Part shown: positions 33,265 to 41,228 of the stretch, one piece after another | Layout of the letters: each line of letters opens with the position of its first letter | Position numbering within the stretch: the first letter of the stretch is position 1 | Assembly (NCBI GenBank): GCA_022572335.1 | Contig: JACZWD010000001.1 | Span: 1-41,228 of the forward strand | From: Pseudomonadota bacterium | Lineage (GTDB): Bacteria > Pseudomonadota > Alphaproteobacteria > Rhodospirillales > 2-02-FULL-58-16 | DNA: 41,228 nucleotides | Reading direction: 5' to 3' | The notes under the pieces: model-generated | Told to the model about the DNA's origin: nothing | Seen by the model: the letters and a program-made list of their open reading frames with translations, nothing else | Database searches by the model: none | Translations under genes and position numbers: made by a program

Positions 33265-36200
33265 TTAGTTCAACTCAACGTTCAGGCCAAGGGAATGCAG
33301 CTCCTTGACCAGCACGTTGAAGGATTCGGGGACCCCCGCCTCGAAGGTGGCGTCGCCGCGCACGATCGCCTCGTACACCTTGGCGCGGCCGGAGACGTCG
33401 TCGGACTTGACCGTCAGCATCTCCTGCAGGGTATAGGCGGCGCCGTACGCCTCCAGGGCCCACACCTCCATCTCGCCAAAGCGTTGGCCGCCGAACTGGG
33501 CCTTGCCGCCCAGGGGCTGCTGGGTCACCAGGCTGTAGGGGCCGATGGAGCGGGCGTGGATCTTGTCATCCACCAGGTGATGGAGTTTGAGCATGTAAAT
33601 GTAGCCCACCGTGACCGGGCGGTGGAACACCTCGCCCGAACGGCCGTCGATCAGGGTGACCTGGCCCGACGCGTCGTAGCCGGCCTGTTCCAGCATCTCC
33701 ACGATGTCGCCCTCGTGGGCGCCGTCGAAGACCGGCGTGGCGATGGGGATGCCGTTACGGATATTGCCGGCCAGCTCCAGGAGCTCCGCATCGCCCAGGG
33801 GCTGTATGCTCTCCTTGTACTCCTTGTTGCCGTATATGCTCTTGAGCCCGCTCTTCAGCTTTTTGATGTCCTCGCCGGCGCACACGGCGTCCAGGAGCTC
33901 ACCCACCTGACGCCCAAGGCCGCTGCAGGCCCAGCCCAGGTGGGTCTCCAGGATCTGCCCCACGTTCATGCGCGAGGGCACGCCCAAGGGGTTGAGCACG
34001 ACGTCGACGGGGGTGCCGTCCTCCAGGTAGGGCATGTCCTCAATGGGCACGATCTTCGAAATCACGCCCTTGTTGCCGTGGCGGCCGGCCATCTTGTCGC
34101 CGGGCTGGAGCTTGCGCTTCACCGCCACGAAGACCTTCACCATCTTCATCACGCCCGGGGACAGGTCGTCGCCCCGCTGCAGCTTATCCACCTTGTTTTC
34201 GAACCTGTCCTGCAGCTTGGCGATGCTTTCCTCGAATTGGTTCTTCAGGGCCTCCAAATCTTTCATCACCCTGTCGTTGGTGACCACGATCTGGGAGCAC
34301 TGCCCCGGCGTGAAGCGGGCCAATAGGTCCTCGGTGATCTTGAGGCCGGCCTCCAGCCCCTTGGGGCCGCCGACCGTCTTGCGGTTCATGAGAAGGGCTT
34401 TCAGACGGGTGTGGAAGCTGCGCTCCAGAATCGCACGCTCGTCGTCGCGGTCCTTGGCCAGGCGCTCGATCTCGGACCGCTCGATGGCCAGCGCGCGCTC
34501 GTCCTTGTCGACACCACGGCGCGAAAACACGCGCACCTCGACCACCGTGCCCGAGACGCCCGGCGGCAACCTCAAAGACGTATCGCGCACGTCCGAGGCC
34601 TTCTCCCCGAAGATGGCGCGCAACAGCTTCTCCTCGGGAGTCATCGGGGATTCACCCTTCGGCGTCACCTTGCCGACCAGGATGTCGCCCGGCTTTACCT
34701 CGGCCCCGATGTAGACGATCCCCGCCTCGTCCAGGTTCTTCAGCGCCTCCTCGCCGACGTTGGGGATATCGCGGGTGATGTCCTCCTGGCCCAGCTTGGT
34801 GTCGCGGGCCATCACCTCGAACTCCTCGATGTGGATGGAGGTGAAGACGTCGTCGCGGACGATGCGCTCGGAGATCAGGATAGAGTCCTCGAAGTTGTAG
34901 CCCTGCCAGGGCATGAACGCCACCAACACGTTGCGCCCCAGCGCCAGCTCGCCCAGGTCCGTGGCCGGCCCGTCGGCGATGGTGTCCCCGGCCTCCACCC
35001 GGTCACCCACCTTGACCAGCGGCCGCTGGTGAAGGTGGGTGTTCTGGTTCGAGCGCTGGAACTTCAAAAGGTTGTAAATGTCGACCCCGGTCGCCGAGTG
35101 GGACGTCTCCTCGGTGGCGCGGATGACGATGCGCGTGGCGTCCACCTGGTCCACCACGCCGGAACGCCGGGCGACGATGGTGGCGCCCGAATCGCGGGCG
35201 ACAACGGATTCCATGCCCGTCCCCACCAGCGGCGCCTCGGTTTTGATCAGGGGCACCGCCTGGCGCTGCATGTTGGAGCCCATGAGCGCCCGGTTGGCGT
35301 CGTCGTTTTCGAGGAACGGAATCAGGGCCGCGGCCACCGAGACCAGCTGTTTCGGCGAGACGTCGATGTAGTCGATGTCCGCGGGCCGGGCCATAATGAA
35401 GTCGCCGCCGCTGCGGCAGCTCACGAGATCGGAAACAATGCGCCCTTTGTCATCGAGTTCCGCGTTGGCCTGGGCGATGGTGTAGCGGCCTTCCTCCATG
35501 GCCGACAGATAGATCACCTCCTTGCCGACGCGCCCCTTTTCCACCTTGCGGTACGGGGTTTCGATGAAACCGTACTTATTCACCCGCGCGTATGTGGCCA
35601 GAGAGTTGATCAGGCCGATGTTCGGGCCTTCCGGGGTCTCGATGGGGCAGATACGGCCGTAATGGGTGGGATGCACGTCGCGCACCTCGAAGCCGGCCCG
35701 TTCCCGGGTCAACCCGCCCGGGCCGAGGGCGGACAGGCGCCGCTTGTGCGTGATCTCGGACAGGGGGTTGGTCTGGTCCATGAACTGGCTGAGCTGCGAC
35801 GAGCCGAAGAATTCCCGCACCGCCGCCGCCGCCGGCTTGGCGTTGATCAGGTCCTGGGGCATGACCGTGTCGATGTCCACCGAGCTCATGCGCTCGCGGA
35901 TGGCCCGCTCCATGCGCAAGAGGCCGATCCGGTACTGGTTCTCCATGAGCTCGCCGACGGAACGCACCCGGCGGTTGCCCAGGTGATCGATGTCGTCGAT
36001 CTCGCCCCGGCCGTCCTTGAGCTCGACCAGGACCTTGACCACGTTGAAAATGTCTTCCTTGCGCAGCACGCGCAGGGAGTCCTCGGTCTCGAAGCCGAGA
36101 CGGGCGTTCATCTTGACCCGGCCGACGGCGGAAAGGTCGTACCGGTCGGAATCGAAGAACATGCCGTGGAACAAGGTCTCCGCCGTGTCCCGGGTCGGCG

Positions 36201-37422
36201 GCTCACCCGGGCGCATGACCCTGTAGATGTCGGTGAGCGCCTCGTCCTGTGTGGAGTTCTTGTCCGCGGCAAGCGTGCTGCGGATGTACGGCCCGACGTT
36301 GATGTGGTCGATGGCAAGGGTGACGAATTCCGTCACGCCGGCCTCTTCCAGCGTCCTCAGGAGGGTCTCGGTGATTTCGTTGCCGGCTTCGGCGAATATC
36401 TCGCCGGTTTTCTCGTCGATGAGATCGTTCGCGATGTAGCGGCCGATCAGATCCTCGTCCTGGACAAGCTGTTCCTTCAGCCCCTTTTTCTTCAGCGTCT
36501 GCAGGACCCGTTGCGTCATCTTGGTCCCCGCTTCCGCCACGATCCTGCCGCTCTTGGCGTCGCGCATGTCGAGAATCAGCTTGGTGCCGAGCATGCGATC
36601 GGGCGTGAACTTGGTTTTCCAGCCCTTCTTGGTGCGCATGAAGACCACTTTGCCGTAAAAGTAATCGAGAATGCTTTCGGGCGACATTCCACTCGCCTCG
36701 TCGGCCTCGAGGGTCTTGCCCTCGACCGCGCGCTTGGCGCGCAGGGCTTCCGTCTCGTCGCTGTCCAGGGCCATCAAGAGCGTCGTCACCGGCAGCTTGC
36801 GCCGGCGGTCGATGCGCACGTAGACCAGGTCCTTGGCGTCGAACTCGAAGTCCAGCCACGACCCCCGGTAGGGAATGATGCGGGCCGCGAAGAGAAACTT
36901 GCCCGACGAATGGGTCTTGCCCTTGTCATGGTCGAAGAACACGCCCGGCGAGCGGTGCATCTGCGAGACGATCACCCGCTCGGTGCCGTTGATGACGAAG
37001 GTGCCGTTGTCCGTCATCAACGGCATATCGCCCATGTAGACGTCCTGCTCCTTGATGTCGCGGATGGAACGGGATCCGGTCTCGTCGTCGATATCCCACA
37101 CCAACAGGCGCAGCTTGACCCTGAGCGGCGCCGCATAGGTCATGCCGCGCTGCTGGCATTCCTCCACGTCGTACTTGGGTTGCTCGAACTCGTAGGCGAC
37201 GAACTCCAGGGTTCCCCGCTCGGAGAAGTCCTTGATCGGAAAGACCGATCTGAAGACCTCCTGCAGGCCCGTGCTGGTCCGCTTTTCGGCCGGCACGTAC
37301 CGTTGCAGGAACTGGACGTAGGACACCCTCTGCACCTCGATGAGATTAGGCAAGGGCACGGCCGTGGCGATATGGCCGTATTGCTTGCGAACACGTTTGC
37401 GGCCGGTAAAGGAATTATCCAT
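33265..37422 (-). CDS. rpoB: DNA-directed RNA polymerase subunit beta
   Basis: [18 protein letters not shown]…[34 protein letters not shown]…. 1385 aa. Confidence 0.99.
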   Translation of the reverse strand: MDNSFTGRKRVRKQYGHIATAVPLPNLIEVQRVSYVQFLQRYVPAEKRTSTGLQEVFRSVFPIKDFSERGTLEFVAYEFEQPKYDVEECQQRGMTYAAPLRVKLRLLVWDIDDETGSRSIRDIKEQDVYMGDMPLMTDNGTFVINGTERVIVSQMHRSPGVFFDHDKGKTHSSGKFLFAARIIPYRGSWLDFEFDAKDLVYVRIDRRRKLPVTTLLMALDSDETEALRAKRAVEGKTLEADEASGMSPESILDYFYGKVVFMRTKKGWKTKFTPDRMLGTKLILDMRDAKSGRIVAEAGTKMTQRVLQTLKKKGLKEQLVQDEDLIGRYIANDLIDEKTGEIFAEAGNEITETLLRTLEEAGVTEFVTLAIDHINVGPYIRSTLAADKNSTQDEALTDIYRVMRPGEPPTRDTAETLFHGMFFDSDRYDLSAVGRVKMNARLGFETEDSLRVLRKEDIFNVVKVLVELKDGRGEIDDIDHLGNRRVRSVGELMENQYRIGLLRMERAIRERMSSVDIDTVMPQDLINAKPAAAAVREFFGSSQLSQFMDQTNPLSEITHKRRLSALGPGGLTRERAGFEVRDVHPTHYGRICPIETPEGPNIGLINSLATYARVNKYGFIETPYRKVEKGRVGKEVIYLSAMEEGRYTIAQANAELDDKGRIVSDLVSCRSGGDFIMARPADIDYIDVSPKQLVSVAAALIPFLENDDANRALMGSNMQRQAVPLIKTEAPLVGTGMESVVARDSGATIVARRSGVVDQVDATRIVIRATEETSHSATGVDIYNLLKFQRSNQNTHLHQRPLVKVGDRVEAGDTIADGPATDLGELALGRNVLVAFMPWQGYNFEDSILISERIVRDDVFTSIHIEEFEVMARDTKLGQEDITRDIPNVGEEALKNLDEAGIVYIGAEVKPGDILVGKVTPKGESPMTPEEKLLRAIFGEKASDVRDTSLRLPPGVSGTVVEVRVFSRRGVDKDERALAIERSEIERLAKDRDDERAILERSFHTRLKALLMNRKTVGGPKGLEAGLKITEDLLARFTPGQCSQIVVTNDRVMKDLEALKNQFEESIAKLQDRFENKVDKLQRGDDLSPGVMKMVKVFVAVKRKLQPGDKMAGRHGNKGVISKIVPIEDMPYLEDGTPVDVVLNPLGVPSRMNVGQILETHLGWACSGLGRQVGELLDAVCAGEDIKKLKSGLKSIYGNKEYKESIQPLGDAELLELAGNIRNGIPIATPVFDGAHEGDIVEMLEQAGYDASGQVTLIDGRSGEVFHRPVTVGYIYMLKLHHLVDDKIHARSIGPYSLVTQQPLGGKAQFGGQRFGEMEVWALEAYGAAYTLQEMLTVKSDDVSGRAKVYEAIVRGDATFEAGVPESFNVLVKELHSLGLNVELN

Positions 37423-37604
37423 TAAACGTCCCCACGATTCGGGATTTCGGTATCGGCCCGGCCCGGCGGCGGCCGGAGCCTAGGACCAGCGATTGCAAGG
37501 ACTGCGGGCACCGGCACCGGGCCGGGAAACCCCGCCGGGGCGCGCCTCCGCCCAGTCCGAAGCCGTCAAGCGCCACGCGCCACCCGAACACCAAACCGGG
37601 CACC

Positions 37605-37976
37605 CTATCTGAGCTCGACCGTGGCGCCGGCATCTTCCAGCTTTTTCTTGATCTCCTCGGCCTCATCCTTCTTGACGCCTTCCTTGATTTCCTTCGGTGC
37701 CGATTCCACCAGGTCCTTGGCTTCCTTCAGCCCGAGGGTGGTAATGGCCCGGACTTCCTTGATGACGTTGATCTTTTTCTCGCCAAAGGACACGAGGATG
37801 ATGTCGAACTCGTTCTTCTCGGCCGGCGCCTCGCCGGCCGCGGCACCGGGCGCCGCCACGGCCACCGGCGCGGCGGCCGAAACGCCCCACTTCTCTTCCA
37901 GCATCTTGCTCAGCTCGGCCGCCTCGATGACGCTCAGGCTCGACAGGTCTTCGGCGATTTTCTCCAGGTTAGCCAT
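37605..37976 (-). CDS. rplL: 50S ribosomal protein L7/L12
   Basis: Trimmed to ATG 37976 ([37 protein letters not shown]…[18 protein letters not shown]). Confidence 0.97.
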   Translation of the reverse strand: MANLEKIAEDLSSLSVIEAAELSKMLEEKWGVSAAAPVAVAAPGAAAGEAPAEKNEFDIILVSFGEKKINVIKEVRAITTLGLKEAKDLVESAPKEIKEGVKKDEAEEIKKKLEDAGATVELR

Positions 37977-38025
37977 GTTGTCTCTCTCCTTGGGCTTGAA
38001 CTGTCCATGTCCCGGAATCGGGACG

Positions 38026-38544
38026 TCACGCGGTTTTCCCCTGCTCGGCATAGGCACCCAGCACGCGGGCGATCTGGCCGGCCGGCGCCTGCAGCACACA
38101 GACGATCCGGGTCGCGGGCGTGCTGATCAGAGCGACGAATGTGGCCCTGAGCTCGTCCAACGACGGCAAAGCGGCCAGGGCCTCGATACGATCGACGTCG
38201 AGCCGTTCCGCGCCAAACGCACCGCCCAGGACCACCAGATTGTCATTGTCCTTGGCGAAATTCACAGCCACCTTGGCGGCCGACACCGGGTTCTCGGAAT
38301 AGGCGATCGCGGTCGGCCCGGTGAACAGGTCGTGCAGGTCCTGGAATTTCGTGCCTTCAAGGGCACGACGGGTGAGCCGATTCTTGGTCACCTTGAAGCT
38401 GGCCCCCTCGGCGCGCATCCGGTCGCGGAGATCGCCCATATCTTTCACCGTCAACCCCGAGTAATGGGTGACGACGACGATGGCCGCCTCCTCGAACACC
38501 CGATGCAACGAAGCGACCATCTCTTCTTTTTGTGATCGGTCCAC
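38026..38544 (-). CDS. rplJ: 50S ribosomal protein L10 (GTG start)
   Basis: (M)[43 protein letters not shown]. The first codon is GTG (38544..38542), 6 nt after GGAGA. Confidence 0.95.
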   Translation of the reverse strand: MDRSQKEEMVASLHRVFEEAAIVVVTHYSGLTVKDMGDLRDRMRAEGASFKVTKNRLTRRALEGTKFQDLHDLFTGPTAIAYSENPVSAAKVAVNFAKDNDNLVVLGGAFGAERLDVDRIEALAALPSLDELRATFVALISTPATRIVCVLQAPAGQIARVLGAYAEQGKTA

Positions 38545-38884
38545 TCATCGTCTCCGGTTTTCTGCCCCGGTCCGCCCCCGCGAGGGCCGGTTCCGAAGCG
38601 GTTGCACCTGCGGCCCCCCGGGCTCCCGAGGGGCCGGTTCGCCTGTCCAGTGCGGCAGTTCAAGCCGTCGGCGGGCGCCTTGCGTCGACTTGCACGGAAA
38701 CGCCCAAAAACGGTTCTCAGCACTGTCTGTGCAGGCGGGAGCGCCCTTTAAGCCGCCATCGGAGGACATGCCTCCCCGGGCGGCACCTACAGTCTTGGAC
38801 AGGTCGGGGACGACACCTGTCATCCCCTATGCCGTTCCCGATCCTGGCGATCGGAAACCGCAACCCGACACAACCCGGCCCGCC
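38545..38884 (-). promoter_or_regulatory. 340-nt rplA-rplJ spacer; probable structured rplJ (L10) leader
   Basis: It has no credible ORF. Several GC-rich helices are present, including the nested hairpin GCCGCC-cgg-GGAGG-catgt-CCTCC-gat-GGCGGC (38752..38784) and GACAGGT-N10-ACCTGTC (about 38799..38822). Assigning it as an L10 autoregulatory leader is by position and analogy only. Confidence 0.4.
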
Positions 38885-39580
38885 TCAGCCGGCCAGGCTG
38901 GCAACGTTCAATTTCAAGCCGGGGCCCATGGTCGAACTCAAGCTCACCCGCTTGAGGTACGTCCCCTTGACGCCGCTCGGCTTGGCCTTGTTGATGGCGT
39001 CGACGAACGCCCTGATGTTCTCGGACAAGGCCTCGGCCGTGAAGCTGGCCTTGCCGACGCCGGCGTGCACGATGCCCGCCTTTTCGACGCGAAACTCGAT
39101 CTGGCCGGCCTTGGCCGCCTTGACCGCCGCCGTGACGTCGGGGGTCACCGTGCCCAACTTGGGGTTGGGCATGAGGCCCCTGGGCCCGAGGATCTTGCCC
39201 AGGCGCCCGACCACCGCCATCATGTCCGGCGTCGCGATGCATCGGTCGAAGGGAATCTCACCCTTGGTTATGCGTTCCGCCAGGTCTTCGGCACCGACCA
39301 GGTCGGCCCCCGCGGCCTCCGCCTCCTTCGCCTTGTCGCCCTTGGCAAAGACGGCCACCCGCAAGGCCTTGCCGGTGCCATGGGGCAACGCCACGACACC
39401 CCGCACCATCTGATCCGCGTGACGCGGATCGACGCCAAGATTGATCGCGATCTCGATGGTCTCGTCGAACTTGGCGGTGGCGTTACCCTTGATCAAATCG
39501 ACCGCTGCGGCCAGATCGTAGGCACTGTCGCGCTCGATGCGCTCGCGGGCCGCGGTCAGGCGCTTTCCTCTCCGTGCCAT
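38885..39580 (-). CDS. rplA: 50S ribosomal protein L1
   Basis: [61 protein letters not shown]. Confidence 0.98.
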   Translation of the reverse strand: MARRGKRLTAARERIERDSAYDLAAAVDLIKGNATAKFDETIEIAINLGVDPRHADQMVRGVVALPHGTGKALRVAVFAKGDKAKEAEAAGADLVGAEDLAERITKGEIPFDRCIATPDMMAVVGRLGKILGPRGLMPNPKLGTVTPDVTAAVKAAKAGQIEFRVEKAGIVHAGVGKASFTAEALSENIRAFVDAINKAKPSGVKGTYLKRVSLSSTMGPGLKLNVASLAG

Positions 39581-39584
39581 GATC

Positions 39585-40025
39585 TTACGACACCACTTCG
39601 ATGCCCATGGACCGCGCGGACCCGGCGATCATGCGGCACGCGGCGTCCATGTCGGTGGTGTTCAGATCCACCATTTTCTTCTCCGCGATCTGGCGAATCT
39701 GTTTCATCGTCACCCTGCCGACGGTTTCCTTTCCCGGCTCCTGCGCGGCCTTGGGAAGCCCGGCCGCCTTCTTCAGGTAGTAGCTGGCCGGCGGAGTCTT
39801 GGTGACGAAGGTAAACGTACGGTCCGCATAAGACGTGATGACCACCGGGATGGGCATGCCCGGCTCCAACTTATCGGTCTCGGCGTTGAACGCCTTGCAG
39901 AACTCCATGATGTTCAGGCCTGCCTGGCCAAGGGCCGGGCCAATGGGCGGCGACGGGTTCGCCTGCCCCGCCGGCACCTGCAGCCTGATGTAAGCGGCAA
40001 ATCTTTTTGTCGCCTTCTTCGCCAT
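39585..40025 (-). CDS. rplK: 50S ribosomal protein L11
   Basis: [48 protein letters not shown]. Confidence 0.98.
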   Translation of the reverse strand: MAKKATKRFAAYIRLQVPAGQANPSPPIGPALGQAGLNIMEFCKAFNAETDKLEPGMPIPVVITSYADRTFTFVTKTPPASYYLKKAAGLPKAAQEPGKETVGRVTMKQIRQIAEKKMVDLNTTDMDAACRMIAGSARSMGIEVVS

Positions 40026-40109
40026 TGTTCCCTCCAGAACACTTAAGCCCGCGGTGCGGTCATCGCCGCCGTCCCACGGCCGTTGCGCCGGGTCGGCCGG
40101 GGCCCGCCG

Positions 40110-40640
40110 TCAGAGTTTCTCGACCTGGGAATACTCCAGTTCCACCGGTGTCGCGCGCCCGAAAATGGACACCGCCACCTTGACCCGGGCGCGTTCTTCG
40201 TCCACGTCCTCGACGAAGCCGTTAAAGGAGTTAAACGGCCCGTCGCAGACCCGAACCTGCTCGCCGATCTCGAAGGTGATCGCCGGCTTGGGCCTCTCGA
40301 TACCTTCTTGCACCTGGCGCATGATGCGGTCGGCCTCGGCCTCGGAAATGGGCGTCGGCCGGCCGCGGCCGCCGAGGAATCCGGTCACCTTGGGGGTGTT
40401 CTTCACCAGGTGCCAGGTCTCGTCCGTCATTTCCATGTTGACCAGCACATAGCCCGGGAAGAACTTTCGCTCGGCTTTGACCTTGCTGCCGCGGCGGATT
40501 TCAACCACTTCCTCGATGGGGACCAGGACGCGCTCCATGACGTCGGTCATGCCCGCCTGTTTGGCCTGCTCCTCGATGGACTGGGCGACTTTTTTCTCGA
40601 ACCCGGAATACACGTGGACGACGTACCACTGCAGCGCCAT
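40110..40640 (-). CDS. nusG: transcription termination/antitermination factor NusG
   Basis: Trimmed to ATG 40640 ([25 protein letters not shown]…). The KOW region reads [22 protein letters not shown]. Confidence 0.96.
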   Translation of the reverse strand: MALQWYVVHVYSGFEKKVAQSIEEQAKQAGMTDVMERVLVPIEEVVEIRRGSKVKAERKFFPGYVLVNMEMTDETWHLVKNTPKVTGFLGGRGRPTPISEAEADRIMRQVQEGIERPKPAITFEIGEQVRVCDGPFNSFNGFVEDVDEERARVKVAVSIFGRATPVELEYSQVEKL

Positions 40641-40645
40641 CGACG

Positions 40646-40843
40646 TCAGCCTCCCAGTCCGAGAATGATTTGCACGCCCTTGGCCAGAATCTGGTCCACC
40701 AGGAAGAAGAACAGCGCCGCAAGGATCACCATCAGAAACACCATGCCGGTGGAAACGCCCGTTTCCTTGCGCGGCGGCCACGTGACCTTGGCCGCTTCCT
40801 GCCGCACCTCGTGAGCGAACTGTGCCGGACTGATTTTCGCCAT
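40646..40843 (-). CDS. secE: preprotein translocase subunit SecE (single-TM, 65 aa)
   Basis: [50 protein letters not shown]. It sits 5 nt upstream of nusG, as is usual. Confidence 0.93.
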   Translation of the reverse strand: MAKISPAQFAHEVRQEAAKVTWPPRKETGVSTGMVFLMVILAALFFFLVDQILAKGVQIILGLGG

Positions 40844-40886
40844 GATACCAAACCGTCAATCGGACCCTGCGCGGCGGGAGAAGCAT

Positions 40887-40963
40887 TGGCAGGAGTGGAG
40901 GGACTCGAACCCCCAACCCCCGGTTTTGGAGACCGGTGCTCTAGCCAATTGAGCTACACTCCT
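40887..40963 (-). tRNA. trnW: tRNA-Trp (anticodon CCA), 3' CCA encoded
   Basis: The minus strand reads AGGAGTGTAGCTCAATTGGCTAGAGCACCGGTCTCCAAAACCGGGGGTTGGGGGTTCGAGTCCCTCCACTCCTGCCA. It folds as a cloverleaf: 7-bp acceptor AGGAGTG/CACTCCT, D-arm GCTC/GAGC, anticodon stem CCGGT/ACCGG with loop CTCCAAA, and a TTCGAGT T-loop. Confidence 0.95.
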
Positions 40964-41046
40964 AAACGCACCGTTCCACACCCTCTTCCCGGGCCCGCAT
41001 GATCGGGAAGAGGACGCCGGGGACGGGGTCGCGCCTGCCCCGCCTT

Positions 41047-41068
41047 CAAAAGTCGCCGTCCCGGCGAG
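41047..41068 (-). terminator. candidate intrinsic terminator after tuf copy 2
   Basis: The minus strand reads TCGCCG-gga-CGGCGA followed by CTTTTGAA, 38 nt after the tuf stop. The stem is short (6 bp), so this is tentative. Confidence 0.4.
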
Positions 41069-41106
41069 CCGGTGGACCGCCCGGCTCCAACCCGGTTGCG
41101 CCGGCC

Positions 41107-41228
<122 letters not shown>

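Overview
This is a GC-rich bacterial chromosome segment (about two-thirds G+C by eye). Gene content and order look alphaproteobacterial: an ATP12 homologue is present, and infA, rpmJ and rpsD are absent from the spc and alpha operons. That taxonomic call is an inference. From the right edge down to about 10.3 kb every gene is on the minus strand. Together they form the classical transcription/translation supercluster: tuf copy 2 (truncated by the window edge), tRNA-Trp, secE-nusG, rplK-rplA, rplJ-rplL, rpoB-rpoC, rpsL-rpsG-fusA-tuf, the S10 operon (rpsJ to rpsQ), the spc operon (rplN to rplO, secY, adk) and the alpha operon (rpsM-rpsK-rpoA-rplQ). Further left, still on the minus strand, lie a DegP/HtrA-type protease, rarA and rluC. 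Then come a plus-strand Sel1-repeat protein, a tightly packed minus-strand HAD hydrolase / AsmA-family / ATP12 cluster, an unrecognised exported protein, and the 3' tip of an unidentified plus-strand gene. I found no mobile elements, CRISPR arrays, toxin-antitoxin pairs or defence-like genes, so I cannot support a novel multi-gene system here; this is overwhelmingly core housekeeping DNA. Five points merit a second look. (1) rplV (L22) has no stop codon and runs in frame into rpsC (S3). (2) L15 carries an ~80-aa Lys/Ala/Glu-rich C-terminal tail encoded by 15-nt tandem repeats. (3) The AsmA-family gene contains a ~95% identical 243-bp in-frame tandem duplication. (4) The two tuf copies have identical 3' ends. 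(5) Several long structured leaders, promoters and terminators are visible. The ORF track renders GTG/TTG starts as M. Many track ORFs are 5'-over-extended or are antisense or out-of-frame shadow ORFs typical of high-GC DNA. Starts were re-derived by hand from the sequence.
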